Of a DNA stretch of 64,000 bases, positions 1-13,600 are shown piece by piece. Source of the stretch: Marsupella aquatica (Eukaryota > Plantae > Marchantiophyta); the NCBI GenBank assembly GCA_973895155.1, contig OZ316894.1, positions 9,262,234 to 9,326,233 on the forward strand, given 5' to 3'. The translations under genes and the position numbers were made by a program. The first letter of the stretch is position 1, and each line of letters begins with the position of its first letter. The notes beneath the pieces are model-generated. The model was not told the DNA's origin. It made no database searches and saw nothing but the letters and a program-made list of their open reading frames with translations.

Positions 1-3000
1 ATAGGTCATTTCCCTGGCCTTTAGTTTGTGCTTCATAAAATAAATTTTTATTACATACCAAACAATAAGAAATAAACATAAATTGCACAGAAAGTGACAA
101 ACACACTAGAATGAAGAGCAAACAAAAGAAGTCCAACGAGGACAAAAGCAAAAGAAGCTAGTGCAACCCACACAAGAGCTATAAGGTTTGGAAAGTAACA
201 AATACTAGTACGGGTGCACAGGACGAGCTCGGGGACCAGGGCTCTCATGCCCGTCCTACTTAAGAACATAATCTACATATCAACTTTTGTTGTTGTCAGA
301 GAAATTTCAGTCTCTCGGTAGGTCATGAATCACAAATTATAGCATAGATGAAGCCCCATTGACCGTGAAATTAGGGAATATATTCCCATGAACTTTGGGA
401 GTCGAAAGAGAATACACTTTTCGTCAGATTTATATTAAAAATATTTCTGAGTGGTCCATTCAAGTTGCATGGTTAGATGTCAATTCTTAGATGATTCGAG
501 ATAGAGTGAAGCTGTAGATCATAATTTCTGTGGTAATATTTTATATTGATATTTAGGCTATCTTCACGAGTAATGACGGACATGGGGAGTATGGATATAA
601 GGAGAAAAGATCGTACTTATGAATGATATTAGGATTATTCATTAAAAAAATTTAATAAAAATAAAAATAAAAATGAAAAATTAGGATTATTGATTTTTCA
701 AAAAAATGCCCAACTTTGCAGTAATAGATGGTGTGATTGTTCACATTTTTATTAGATTGAATGACGTAAGAAGTACTCTACCTGGTCTGACTCACGACGT
801 TGTCTACCTGTACCTGGTTACCAAGTCTCCAGACAAGTATTTTCGAAAAATTACTGCCAGTCCTGGAGGCAAGTCCGCCGAAGGACATGTCCTCAGGCAG
901 AAAAGAAGGATGTCCCTCATGAGACGTGCTGGGCACCTTCCATGCCCCATGCCACTATCCATGGGTCGTGCAACAGAAAAACTGTAGTGTAGTACTATTG
1001 TATTGTCGTGTGACTCCGTACGCTTCGTAGCAGTGCTCTATGGCTTCACTTCTGGGAACGCTATCTTAATCTGAGTCGTTTAATTTGAACTTCAACGATC
1101 ACGATTGGCCGAAACGGATCACGATTGGCGGAACGGATCTCCGACTTAATTAAACAAGGAATGGCTCGTTCATGAACGATGAATTCCATTGAATTTAAAT
1201 ACAATCTAAAACTCTTGCTATCAAGTGTTTTGCATCTCCAGAGTGATGAGCGTCAAAAGATGTTACAGTGTATTTCTTGATTCCATTTCATACTAATCTT
1301 AAATATTGTTTCCCTCACTATAGTAGCGTAACTGAATGAGCAACCCTTCCTTTCCCCCACCCATTGCCTCACCCGCTAACTTCTTACCACCCAAAGTCAC
1401 GGTCTAGAGTGAATTATCTTTTAAGTCATGTGCAACCCAAAATTTGGATCTGATGTTTCATATGTATTTCAGATCCATGATCAGTACCCTTGACTTCCTT
1501 TTAGATTGGGGGATTACTCTCATCATCACATGTCCCTTCTCTTTCTCTCCCTTCGGAGTTGTGTCACTTGGCCAAACATCTTATACAGATTATCTGTATG
1601 GTATGACAGATGAGGCCTTACTAAGTTATATGAAAGTGGCAGAATTCACCCCTTTTAAAGACCTGGAGATTAGCCAATGCACATTAGCATGTACAGTCTA
1701 GTATAGTGCCGTGTATGTGCTAAAGTTTTGCAACTTGCATTGCAAGTCATCTATAATCATCACTCAAACCTTCTGCAAATAAATTGGACAAATTTCTGCA
1801 AAAGAGAGATCACCCCCCATACCCTTAGAATCAGCCAGATTAGAAAGATCACCGTCACACGGCAGAACGCAAGCCAAAGTGAACGGGTCAGATTGCTTTG
1901 TACTACGAAGATTGTCCTTCCTTTAATTGATTTTGTGCCTTAGTCAATGAAAAGAGTAAGCTTTTCTTTCATGTTTGGTGAATAGAACACAACTTTAAGC
2001 AGTATCCAACGTGTCGTCCACCTGCACTCTATGGTAGATAGACTGCAAGTCTAAAATATTTCAGAACCTTTTGGGGCAAAATAATATGGAACCATACGGA
2101 ACCTTGAGTTAAAGAGATGGTAGTTATTCACATCTACAGTAGGTCAAAGTCAATCCTGCTTTCCCTCATTTTTTAGACGGTTAACTCTGTCCTGTAACCA
2201 GGGTTTCTGGATTAACGCTGAATCCGTAACCCCAGTCCCTGCCAACTTCTGAGAACGCCCTAGTGTAAACCTTATCAGTGACAAGCAATACAATGTGAGA
2301 ATTCTATCTGGGCATATTTTTGAACGTTTTTTGCCGCCACTGGATGTGCTTTTTGAATTTTGATTTCATCAATAAATAATCATTTCATGAAAATAAGACG
2401 AAACTGACTTTGGGCGGCCCTGACACCGGATTGTATTACTTACAATGTCAGATTAAGGTCGTTGTATATCGAAGCGGTCCTTGCCAGCGTTCATGAATTT
2501 AAATAAAATTATGTACTGAAACTCGCCAACAAGCAATAGAACGTTGGGAAGAGGAAAAATTCAAATGAAATAGCTACAGTTTCTGGACGAGAAAGATTGG
2601 GACACTCAAGCCAAAAAGTACTACAGTAGCTCTCTTCTGAAACTGCAGTAGTGTCGGCTGTCTGGAGGTACACATTCCCCGGTAGGGTGTGCACTTAAAA
2701 CTAGTGTTTGCATCACATCATAAGTGCAACAACTTGGCATTTGCATTTATAGATAACAGCTTATGGTTCAAATCTATTATTATAATGTGCAATCATTGAC
2801 ACATGATAGGGGGACGTTGCCAGGGTGTGTTGGCAATGGCTGATTCAGCTCCACAAAAAATGAAGAGCAATAAGACTCAAATGTGTCACATATACATCAT
2901 AAATGCTGTGGAGTACCGAGATGACAAAAAGAATCCTTGATATAAATTTTATTATAAAACAGCAACATCTTGAGGCCACTAAGTCCAAGAATGGAATTTG

Positions 3001-6000
3001 TCTACACTTCCTATTCCTCTGAAGCAGCGTACTACACAACACCTTCAGTAGCATTGGCCTGTTGTCAGTAGATATTCTTGTGATTTTCCTGCTAAATTGT
3101 GATCCCCTATCTCATAAGGGCAAATTTTACTCATCATAAAGTGAGTTGCACTTGTGGGCAACCACACAATTCCTTTGATTGTCATTTATAACATCTGACA
3201 TTTATTGGAGTCCTTTCTGCACTCAACGAAAATGCAAGATAGTGTAAAATGGTACCAAGAAAAAGGGAAGAACAGGACCCTTTACAATTAGACCGGTTTT
3301 GCACTTATGAAGTGTGCACTTAAAGAGAGCCAACTGTATGCGGAGGACACCAGGACTCGAGACTCGAGGAGACATTCAAAACGATGAACTACAGTGATGG
3401 AGATAAAATTAGTCTGCTTCCGTCTGAAAACCCTAAACACTCTGAAGTGCTCAGTGCTCGCATAGGATGATTGGCAGTGTGCTTTGTGAATCTGGCTCTG
3501 CAGACTGCAGAAAGATTGGAACTCTGTCGCCAAGAGGAGAAGGAATATTCTGACCTCATCAATCTGTTCGGATCGCGGTTGTCTGACTGGTCCGACAGTC
3601 CTCCAAACACGCAAGCAATGCAATCCTTCGTTGAGAAGATGAGGAGATTCAAAACAATGACAGGCTACAGTCCATACGCAGGATAGTCCTCCCATGGTTG
3701 CAGCAATGCAATCGTTGAGAGGAGGACTCACCTTCGAGTAGATTCAAAACAATGAGCTACAGTGATGGAGATAAGTCTTCGTAGTTCGTTTGCTTTCCTT
3801 TGGTAAAATCTCGCTTACTGTGGATTGCTCGCATCTAGTGATAGGATAGGGAGCATGCTTTGTAAATCTGGCTCTGCAGAGTGCAGACAGATTGCAACTC
3901 TGTAGCCAAGAAGCGAAAGATTGCAACTCTGTAGCCAAGAAGCGAAAGATTGCAACAAGCAGGAATGGAATCGTTCGTTGAGATGAGGAGATTCAAAACA
4001 ATGACTGGCTACAGTGATGGAGAGCAGTGTTTGGAATTCTGGTTGTGAACGATTGGAAGTTTTGAAGTCAGAGTCTAACGAGGACAAAGGACAATTCGGA
4101 CCTCATCGATTTGAATTATTATTAAATGATCACGGCGGTGGGCCGCTCTTTCTGCTAATTTGAAATCTTCACAATGTCTGTGGTTCACGTGAATCAGAGG
4201 GAGGTGACGTCAAGCCAGGCCTGAAAGAAGGTACGAAGAACTTAGAATTGCCTCTTCTCACAGGACTGTATTATGGATACGGTGCGTACAGTACTCATTT
4301 GGGAAAACCGTGAGCCATCTTACGTTCGAACTCATCATTCTGTTCAAAGGAAGCAGAATCATCGATGACGATCCAAGCCGGAGGCAATCTAGGTTTACCA
4401 CTGACGTGCCACAGATAAAATTGGTTCAAGCATATCAACGGAACGACAGAGCTTTGGCGCTGCATGAAATTAGACTTTGGCATTTGTTTGCGCTCGGCGA
4501 CTGCCTCCTTGGCAGCTTGAAATTAAGGATACCGTGCACGACGTTGTTGAGGGAACATTCAATTGGAGTGAGGGAGTCCTTTACGCGTACTGTACAAAGG
4601 AATCGAGGTGTTGGAAAATCGTTGTGTAGTACGGGTAGCTTTCAAGCACCGTGGATGTTTTAAATGGTGAATTCCATCGACGAGAATCGGCAATCACAAT
4701 CTCGAGCAGTCCAAAGGAAACCACTCCAATTACCGTTGCTCAAGCTCTTCGCTCGCGATAGCTCGACGAAATCGGTACACAGTACCTTAATCGAGTGGTG
4801 GTAATTTGAATTCTCCCTGAAATCCGAAACTTACCGTACATTTTGTCAAGTTTCTCTACAATTAACCCTGTAGAACTGAGCATGGATAAGTGCATTATGT
4901 GTATTAGTGCAGTCCAACCAGGCTTACAAGAATTTTCTTTGTAAATGCATCAAAAAATGCAGTTTGCACAGGTGTAGGTACATCCTCACTAAATGACAAA
5001 TAATAGGCACTTAACAATAAATATATAAGCGCATTTTTTTTCTATAAGGGTACACATGTATGTATCAATTATTCCAATGCATACATAAGAAGCATCTATC
5101 AAAAAGTGGAGGAAGCAACTACATAAAGCAATTTCATGCACTTATCCAGCTGAGATATGTAATATCACGGCTTGGGGTATGAGAAGTCCCCTGTGTATGA
5201 CCAGACAACACAACGGGGAAGTGTATGAGTGATTTTTCATGCACTTATCAGATAGAGCAGACTATGCACATATGGAGATGTGCATAAATGATGTCCTGTG
5301 CACTTATAGCATAGTGCATTCTGTGTATATGTGCTGGCTAGTGGTGGCTTCCTGAGAGTCTTCAGTGAGACCTTTATTGTGTCACTAAGCCTGACTATGT
5401 CTGCAAATCAGGGTAATCTTTAAGGTTTTTCCTGTTTGGCCAGTATGGCAAAATGTCATCCTATGTGAAGGAGATATAGAGACATAGGAGGAATGCTCCT
5501 TATCTGTTTTCATGAATTATTTTTGGATTGATAGATCTCCCTAGATCTCTTACATTTTGGAAAATGAGGTGTGTGACTAGGTGGTTAACTGGCTAATAGT
5601 ACACAAACCTAGCCAATTAGTGGGAAACTTTTTGGGACGTGGAATCTTGCAAAAATTTGAATCTAAAACATGCCCGATGCAAATGATTATCATGCAGTTG
5701 GGGAGAGAATCTCCAAGAGTGGCTGCAAAAGGTCCATATGAGCATCTCTACCAGTTTGGTGGCTTCAGGCCGCTGGTGCTAAAAATTTGCAGGCCGGCCT
5801 TAAGGAAACAGGTACTAGGGTGTCTCCCATCTCAAAATCTGATTGACCTTAGCTAGGTATTAAAATCTGATTGACCTTCGCTAGGTTTAAGGTTATAGAC
5901 AGAAAGTGTTTTGGATTACCAAATTTATGATTACGGAACCCCTAATGGGGTCCCTTGCAAATTCCCTGGCACGAGGATGTGCCACATCAGCAAGGATGTT

Positions 6001-6256
6001 GACAAACAGGACAGAGCAGGTTTTCTGGAAAGCACAAAGGTCCTTGTCAGGTTTGTGTTCATATTTGTGTAAATTTTGGGTTGCCATGCTGTAAGTACTA
6101 AACATAAAAAACACCAGAATACAAAGGAATAGATGTCATTTTTTCATTATAACCGTATTAGTTACCTTTCTAGTGTTTTAAAATTGTTTACTATGTAATT
6201 AGTTAGATAACTGTCTCCAAAATAACATAAGTGAGTAATAGTTCACACCTGATTCT

Positions 6257-6600
6257 TGTTAGATATTGCTCTAGTCTTGTGACTCTTATGCTAACCACAG
6301 TTAGGCTAACTCGGGTTAGGACCTAGCTAAGGTTAGCGGTAGTGTTGTTGTGCATATAGCCAGGGCTGATGCCAGACCCTGGTGGAACTTAGGCTCATTG
6401 TTACGGAGCTAGTTGAGAGATAGGGAGAGCTTGTGTTGTGGATGCTTGGTATGGCCGGTCGGCCTAGAGTGCAGTAAAGCTCTTGTGTGTTCCCGTGGAC
6501 GTAGCCTCATGTGGAGGTGAACCACGTATCTCTCTGTGTCGACTATTGTGCGTTGGATGGTTCATGGGCTTGCCGTTGCGAATGTCGTCTATGCTCAACA
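6257..6600 (+). mobile_element. Solo LTR of a Ty1/Copia family, 5-bp TSD ATTCT
   Basis: TGTTAG...CTCAACA termini. ATTCT lies on both sides (6252-6256, 6601-6605). Similar to the LTRs at 7512, 34386 and 61087. Confidence 0.9.
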
Positions 6601-7511
6601 ATTCTCTCTCTTTCGATGAGAGACATACCAACAGAAGATGATTGAACAGGGTATTACCATTTTGTCACATTGCGTCGAAGAAATGGAGGAGCGATCTTCA
6701 GCTGAGTTTTGAGTTTGAGTTGAGTGGTGAATATCGTATGATCATATAACTTGCACACACTTAAAGAACCGTCACCGACTCAAGAAATGCATCAGAAAAT
6801 GTCCACCTCCCTTTCTCGATGAAGAGATGTCACAATCCCGTCACCGTTACAAACTTAGCCGCTGCAAATTGATTTCTTCGATTACGTCGCCATCACTTGT
6901 CCGCGATGCTTGCTTCTTGGCTTGAATTGTTTGCGCCCCTCCCTAAACCCTAAACCCTAAACTGAAGCTCACTTTGAACACAAGTTGACGCCAAATGCAG
7001 GCTCAATGTGAAAGAAACAATCATTGGTCTCCCCCTCACACCATAGCTTTCTTAAATAAAAAATTACAAAACCTTCATCTGAAGTGATGACTTGTCCGTT
7101 TCGTGCATTTTTCCCACCAAAAGGACAAGCGCTCTTCTGCCAACAGCTCAATGTTGTCCTCCAGTTTATCTTGTGGCCGTAATGCTCAACATAACTCACA
7201 AATGATCAATCATGAATGGTAGAAACACAATTTTTCCAATGTGTAAGTGAAAACTGTCAAAAAACTCAATTCCTCCACATTCAACCTTCCGTTTGATAAG
7301 CCAGAGAGATCATCTCAACCAGATTGATCTCCTCTATCTTTCGAGTATTCTATTTTGTATGAGCACACACCAAGACCCCAGGGAGACTCAAAACCATTGG
7401 TTACCGCCTTGCTGAAGATTGATTTTACTTCATCACACACATATTGCTTGGATGAACATGGGGGTCCACAGATTGATTCATGACTTTTTGCCCAAGATTG
7501 GTTATCTGCCA

Positions 7512-7850
7512 TGTTAGGTATTTACTCATGGTCTAAGGTTACGACATGTAACCGTAGTTAGGTTAACCATAGTCGGAGACATGGGTTAACTAGGATGCAC
7601 ACTATATGCCAAGCGATGTTTGCTTGGATAAGTGGAACTTAGGCTCATTGTTATGGAGCCACTTGAGAAATGAGGAGAGCTTACACTGTGGAGACTTGGT
7701 ATGGCCGACCGGCTTAGAGTTCAGTAAAGCTCTCTTGTGTGTTCCCGTGGACGTAGCCTCGAGGAGGTGAACCACGTATCTCTTGTGTCGACTACTTGTG
7801 AGTTGGATGTGTCATGTGCTTACCGTTACGAGTGTCGTCTATGCTCAACA
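7512..7850 (+). mobile_element. Solo LTR of the same Copia family, 5-bp TSD TGCCA
   Basis: TGTTAGG...CTCAACA termini. TGCCA lies on both sides (7507-7511, 7851-7855). Closely matches the reverse complement of the 3' LTR at 34386-34728. Confidence 0.92.
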
Positions 7851-9339
7851 TGCCATGACCATAAGTCATTGTAGAGGCTAGTGAAACAACACTTTTGTAT
7901 AACCATGAGAAAAAGCCATGGCCAGTTCTAAATGAACAAAAGCCATCACCCATAATTAAAGGTATATGCTTGATGGGACTTATGCTAGAACAAATTTATG
8001 TGATGGGCCCTTACAAATTTTTTTTGTTACAAATTAGGTCCCCCATATAGGTTCCGTACATAGGGTTTTGTGTGGTGTCTATCCAGTATGCATTTCCCAC
8101 CGCACTCCACCGTGCGCCATGTTATAGTCCGTTGTGTGTACGTCTATGCTTCAAGACATAATGCAATATGTCTTTATATAATTATAGGGTTTTAGTGAAT
8201 CTGTTGCTACATGAGAGTGGATTTGTACAGCATTTCTAGTCTAGTTCTTGCAGATTCATAAAACTTTCTCGTTCCACGAGGGGTTTTAGGGGGTCTTGAT
8301 CATTTATCGGCTGCTACTATTACTTTTTAGAGGTTGCTAGTTTTTCATCATGGAGGGAGGGAGGCATTGGCAATTACCAAACAAACAGCAAAACACAATG
8401 TACTCAATCTAGACATCTCTTCCCTTAACATCAAAATCATCCGCTTCACAAAAGTTACTGTCAGGAACGTGAAAAATTTGCTTTGTGGTCACCTGTAACT
8501 GACCTGGAAGTTGACATAGTTATCTCATAGTTACCTGAAAATACATTCACCTTATTGCTGTAACCGTTGAATTTAACCATAGTAAACAGATCAATATAGC
8601 TTGTTTACCCAAAAGATTCTGGTGATGTCTGATGATCCCAAACCAAATGCAAGTATGTGTCTGGAACCCAAAACATTAATCTAACCCTCAAAATTAGCTA
8701 TTGTTCTGGTCCAAGCAATCAAGGAAAGCCATGAATACAAAGGGCAAGACAAGCATTGCAATGGTCCAAGAAATGAAGAAAACCCATGAATACAAAGGGA
8801 AACAAAAATATTGCACTGGTTCAAGAAATTGAGAAAGTACACTCTTGTAACATTGAGCTAAAATGAACCTATTTGAAAACAATAAGATAGGGAAAACACA
8901 ACTTTCATCACTACCAATTTGATGACTGACCAATCAGAATTGGCCATATGGATTCCCTTAAATCACACCTGGCACTATAAAAGCCTCATTCCATGTCTCA
9001 CTACTCACCATAAAAGGTGGAACACTAGCACCTTTTGTGGAATACTTGTCATAAAAAGGTTTTGCAGTCAGCACCTTTTGTGGAGCTCAAAGTCCATTCT
9101 GAACCTGTGCTCTTTACAATGAGAGCTGTGGGTTACCCGTAGCCCTTTATAGGGGTAAGTGTTGTTTAATGAAAATGGACAAACATCTCAACACGGACAG
9201 GGTTTAGGGTCATCACAAGCATCGCCTGTCAGTTTGTTTACTGGAGAGTAGATAACTCAAATTTGGACCATAAATAGCCAATAGCAGAACACTTAGCCAA
9301 TAGTGTTGTTTCGAGTTTATGGTTTTTATTTTTAATTTG

Positions 9340-9665
9340 GGGGTGCTAAGTGTGCAACTGTTTCTGTAAGATATGTGCTGTGTGATGTAATAGGAAAGGT
9401 GAGCTAAGTGTGCAACTGTTCCTAATATATGTCCTGAGATGTAAGGAAAGGTTTGCCAAGTGTGCAGGTCTTCCTGTAAGATGTAAGGAAAGGTTAGCTA
9501 CTGTAGGTGTGCAACTGTTCCTGTAAGATGTTACCTATCTTGGATGTCCTTCAAGATGTCAGGAAGGTTAGGAAGTGTGTAACTTTTCCTGCAAGATATT
9601 TCCTGTAAGATGTGAGGAAAGGTTGGCTAGTATTTCCTGTAAGATGTGGAAAAAGGTTAGCTAAT
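9340..9665. repeat. Degenerate tandem minisatellite, unit about 40-45 bp
   Basis: Recurring AAGGAAAGGTT(A/G)GCTA-AGTGTGCAACTGTTCCTGTAAGATGT pieces, about 7 copies. Confidence 0.75.
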
Positions 9666-10669
9666 GATCTGGTGATTTGTCTTATATTCCCTCCATAGCC
9701 AAGGTGGAAAATAGAGTCCATAGTTTTAGCCATAGCAAAGTTTTATTCTTTACATTTGTGCGGGGTTTCCGTAGCCCCTATCCCAGACAACGAAACAAAT
9801 CTTTCACATGCGGGCAATAGTAGTAGGGCTGAGCAATAGTTCCCATATAATAAAATAAATGACCCACCAACATCGTTCGTTCCCCAGGAGTGATTCTGAC
9901 TCTGTGGGGACCAGATGGGATGAACGAAAGATAATAATAATAATAAAGAACTTTTGTTTCCCTGATCTCGAAGCAATGTTTCGATACAGTATTTCCTCCA
10001 TAGCTTCGAATTTCCAGAATGGGGGTTGGTTTATTGTCTCATTATGATAGCCATTTTCATCGTCTTTTCAAAAGCATAATGTCAACAGAAGATTGAACAG
10101 ATGCTTAGGGGTAAAAAATAACAACAAAAACAAATAAATAAAATTACATTCAAATGATTTCATTTACACCATACTGTGGAGTGTGATTGGTTGTAAATGG
10201 CAGTGAGACCTAGCTAGTGCATTTTTTCTAGAGAAAAGAGTTCGACCTGATTCTACCTTCCCACAGCAGCTTCCGCTAATTTTCACAGAGTAACTATCGA
10301 GCTCTTGGCTCAAGTTTTTCACCACTTTTGCAAAAGCGAGATTCCAATGGGCATGTGCGGCAGCAGTCTTTCTGTGGACACAGTCTACTAAGACCTCTGA
10401 ATCCCGCTGATTTTAACGCATAATAATGGTGTCAAACCAATCCACGCCAAACTTCAGTTTCGGCTGACAAGCGTCTTACTTCGATCCGCCCCACTAATGT
10501 TGGGCCCGGACCAATGGCTCGTGGTTTGCTTGAATGACTAATGAATGAGGACAAGGATAGATCTATCTCCTAGACCTGCAGGAAGACCGTCGAAGCGTTG
10601 ATGGATGATAGGTGAGCAACCACTGCTTGCTTCACTGGAGGTCCATAATTCTTTCAGCGGGTGGGTTGG

Positions 10670-13600
10670 TCAGTCCACTGAATGTTTCCCTGAGCGTGGT
10701 AGAGTTCTGAACACCCAGTCCCACATGGTGCTGGTGATTCCGTAACCGTTGGTCTGATCCTTGAAGTGGTGGTTCAAGTGGTACCTCTGACGTAAACCCA
10801 GCGGCGATGGTCGTTAGTCCAATTTCAATCTACAGCCATTTTTTGTAAGTAGCGCAGAAAGAACCTTAACAGGACTTAAGTTCGCTGAATTCCACGAGAA
10901 TGAGTTTAAGTAACAAGCGCTCTGCATTGTGCCGGTGAGACGAATGTTCCGAAGCTGACTAGCAAAACACGAATGGAACGGTCGATTCCATCTTTGCATT
11001 TCAGATTTCGGCATGCCCTCAGGCTGTTCCGAGACTGTAAAGAATGGATTCTGAGCGTACTGCTGCTTACCTTCAGTTTGCGAGTGTGATCGCTGAAAGC
11101 TGCCCCGAAGTGGAGGAAATAGTGAGTTACATCGTATGTCACGTACGCGAGAAGAGCCGCTGCATATACTGGCAATTTATCGGGATAAGGTGCAAGCCAG
11201 CTGCCCATCAGGAACCATATCTGGCGAAGCAAGTCCACTACATACGTCAATCAATGGACATTCGACAATATTAGAGACTAAATATTCCAGTTGCCTATCC
11301 TTACTTCCCCTCAAATTGGAGTAAGCTAGTAAGAGTAAGGATTGCAGGGTTGAAATCATGAGCTGAACTGCAGAAATTTCGGAAATAACTTTTTACATTT
11401 TGCTTTGAGTTTCCGTCTGCTTCCCAAGGATAACTACTTGTTTACTTTCTACTCTCGAATGGAGGTTCAGTTTGCATAATTCGTAATCGGCAGGCTACTC
11501 CATTCTTATTTAAAACTCTTAGTTCCATGTATTCGGTGAAAGAATCATCGGCAGGTTCTGTGACTCACCCCAGTGCAAATAATGGACGCGAATGCTGGAG
11601 GGAACACCAGACGACTTCCATCCATAGGATGCTTGTGATGAAATCCATGCAGTAAGTAATGCAAAGTGTTACCCCTGTAAGACATCCAACCGAAGCAGCA
11701 ACGTCAAGAACCCACCCATGAAATTAAGTCTGTACAAACTGCGGAAGATTTGTCCTAGTGTGTTTCATTCGTGTATCGAGCAATTCTGGCATGGATCGCG
11801 TGTGCCTACTATCCACAAAGTCCCTTATGTTTGGAAAATTTAACTTAATGAAATTTAGTGCAGCCAAAGGCCTCCCATCCTGTTTTTAGAAAAGGGTACC
11901 CAAGTGTTTATGCTATACATGAGTGGTCATTTTAGAGGTTATTATCCTGCTCGGTGGCTTAGTTTTCTGAAAGTATGATTACTTATCGGGACAATGTTCA
12001 GCCATACATACATGGTGAACGAACCGCTCATGTCACGCATACGCTAGACGCAACTTAAATAATCCCTCTTCGGTTAATGTAATAAAGCTTTAAAGTTAAA
12101 TTGCAAAGATAGCATCCAAGAACATATCAGTGAAAGCCATTAAATTCACAGATCAGTGACACTTCCTAGTCTGTACACGTACGTATTCAACACATGACTT
12201 TTTATGCCCTTAGAGAAATTACTAGTCGTTGGGCACAAAAATACAAAACAGGAGCACGAGACGGAACTAGGTATCTAAGTCTAACGGGCCATGACAACCT
12301 AAAAGAATAAGCAAGCCCCAGAACGAACACAACTATCATAACAGAGCTCAGAAATCTGAAAATCGTCTCTAGAATTTAACAAGAAGTAAAAGGAAATCGA
12401 GTCCACGATAAATCCAAAGAGTGATTGAAGTAAAAAACATCCAACATATATGACACGAGCGGAAGGTGGAGCAGTATAGCACATCATTGCTTCAATGACA
12501 AAATCGTGAATATTTTAAGATTCATTGCCACAAAATTGGGTTCATACTCTCTAAAAATGTGCAATGTTCCTGGATCTCATATAAAAAATTGATGTAGGTG
12601 AGAATAGCATCACCATGATTTGCATCCTTCAAGTAAGTACAAACAAAAATATTACATTCGGTCTAATAAGACGATCATGTACACCAATGTTGTGTCCGAC
12701 AATATAAAACAAACCCCGCAATCGCAATTGAAGTGTTTGTGATGTGTCTCACCAAAAGCTTGACGTTTTCATGTGGAAGAGAAAACGGTGGAGAAGGTAT
12801 TCTAAGAGAGTCCAAACACCAACTCCATAGGCCAACAAGGCGGGTATCCGGACGAGAGGAACTCGTTCCTTCACAATCGCAATGTAGATCATGGCGAATG
12901 CAACAGGACACCAAACCAGAGGAATAACCCACCAACTAGTCCTTGTGAAAAACTGCAGACGGTGGGAACAAAACATCAAGAAAAACCTGAGCAAGACGTT
13001 TTACAACTGTTTCTTTGTATATGACTGGTGGCAGATAATTTTAATCGTACGTTCAGATTCGGCATAATCATCTTTAGCATCTCTTTTCAATGGCTGCCCG
13101 TAAATTTTCACTCTAAGCAACATCATATCCAATAAAAAGGTCTCCCAACCATTTCAACTTAACTTCTTGAACTTCTTAAGAGTTCTTCCATCACCTTGAA
13201 AGTCACTGGTGATGTTTCTGTCTTAATATCTTAATCTCTTAACCCTTTAATTCTTGTTCCGACTGACTGCTTTCAGTCTTACTTAGTGGGATTGTGTTTG
13301 GACTTTGGGAATTTCGTTTGTTTACTCATTTGACACGTTAGGTGGCTGACGGCGCGTCATTTCTACTTGTCTTTCATTTCTTTCTTCGTCGGAAACGATG
13401 TTTAGGTCCTGCTTGTTGTGTATACATGTGTGCGCGACTCCTCAGTTAGGCAAGAGACTGATGAATACTCGGAAAGAAAGGCTCCATGAATATGATTCGG
13501 AATGTACCTCGTATATGTCGTTCTCGAAAAAGCGTGGACTTTCTTTACATACCACTGGATCGTGGACCCACTCATCGTAGTCAGCTCCGAGATAACCGAC

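Noticed and set aside
1040-1267. Possible degenerate Cassandra-like LTR ending GATGTTACA
   Set aside because: The similarity to 5S boxes is too weak, and no partner end or TSD was found.
6943-6961. Telomere-type AAACCCT repeats (also at about 60911 and 63683)
   Set aside because: Only 2-3 units each; common interstitial telo-box motifs.
9340-9665. CRISPR-like repeat array
   Set aside because: Eukaryotic context, degenerate units, no unique spacers and no cas genes.
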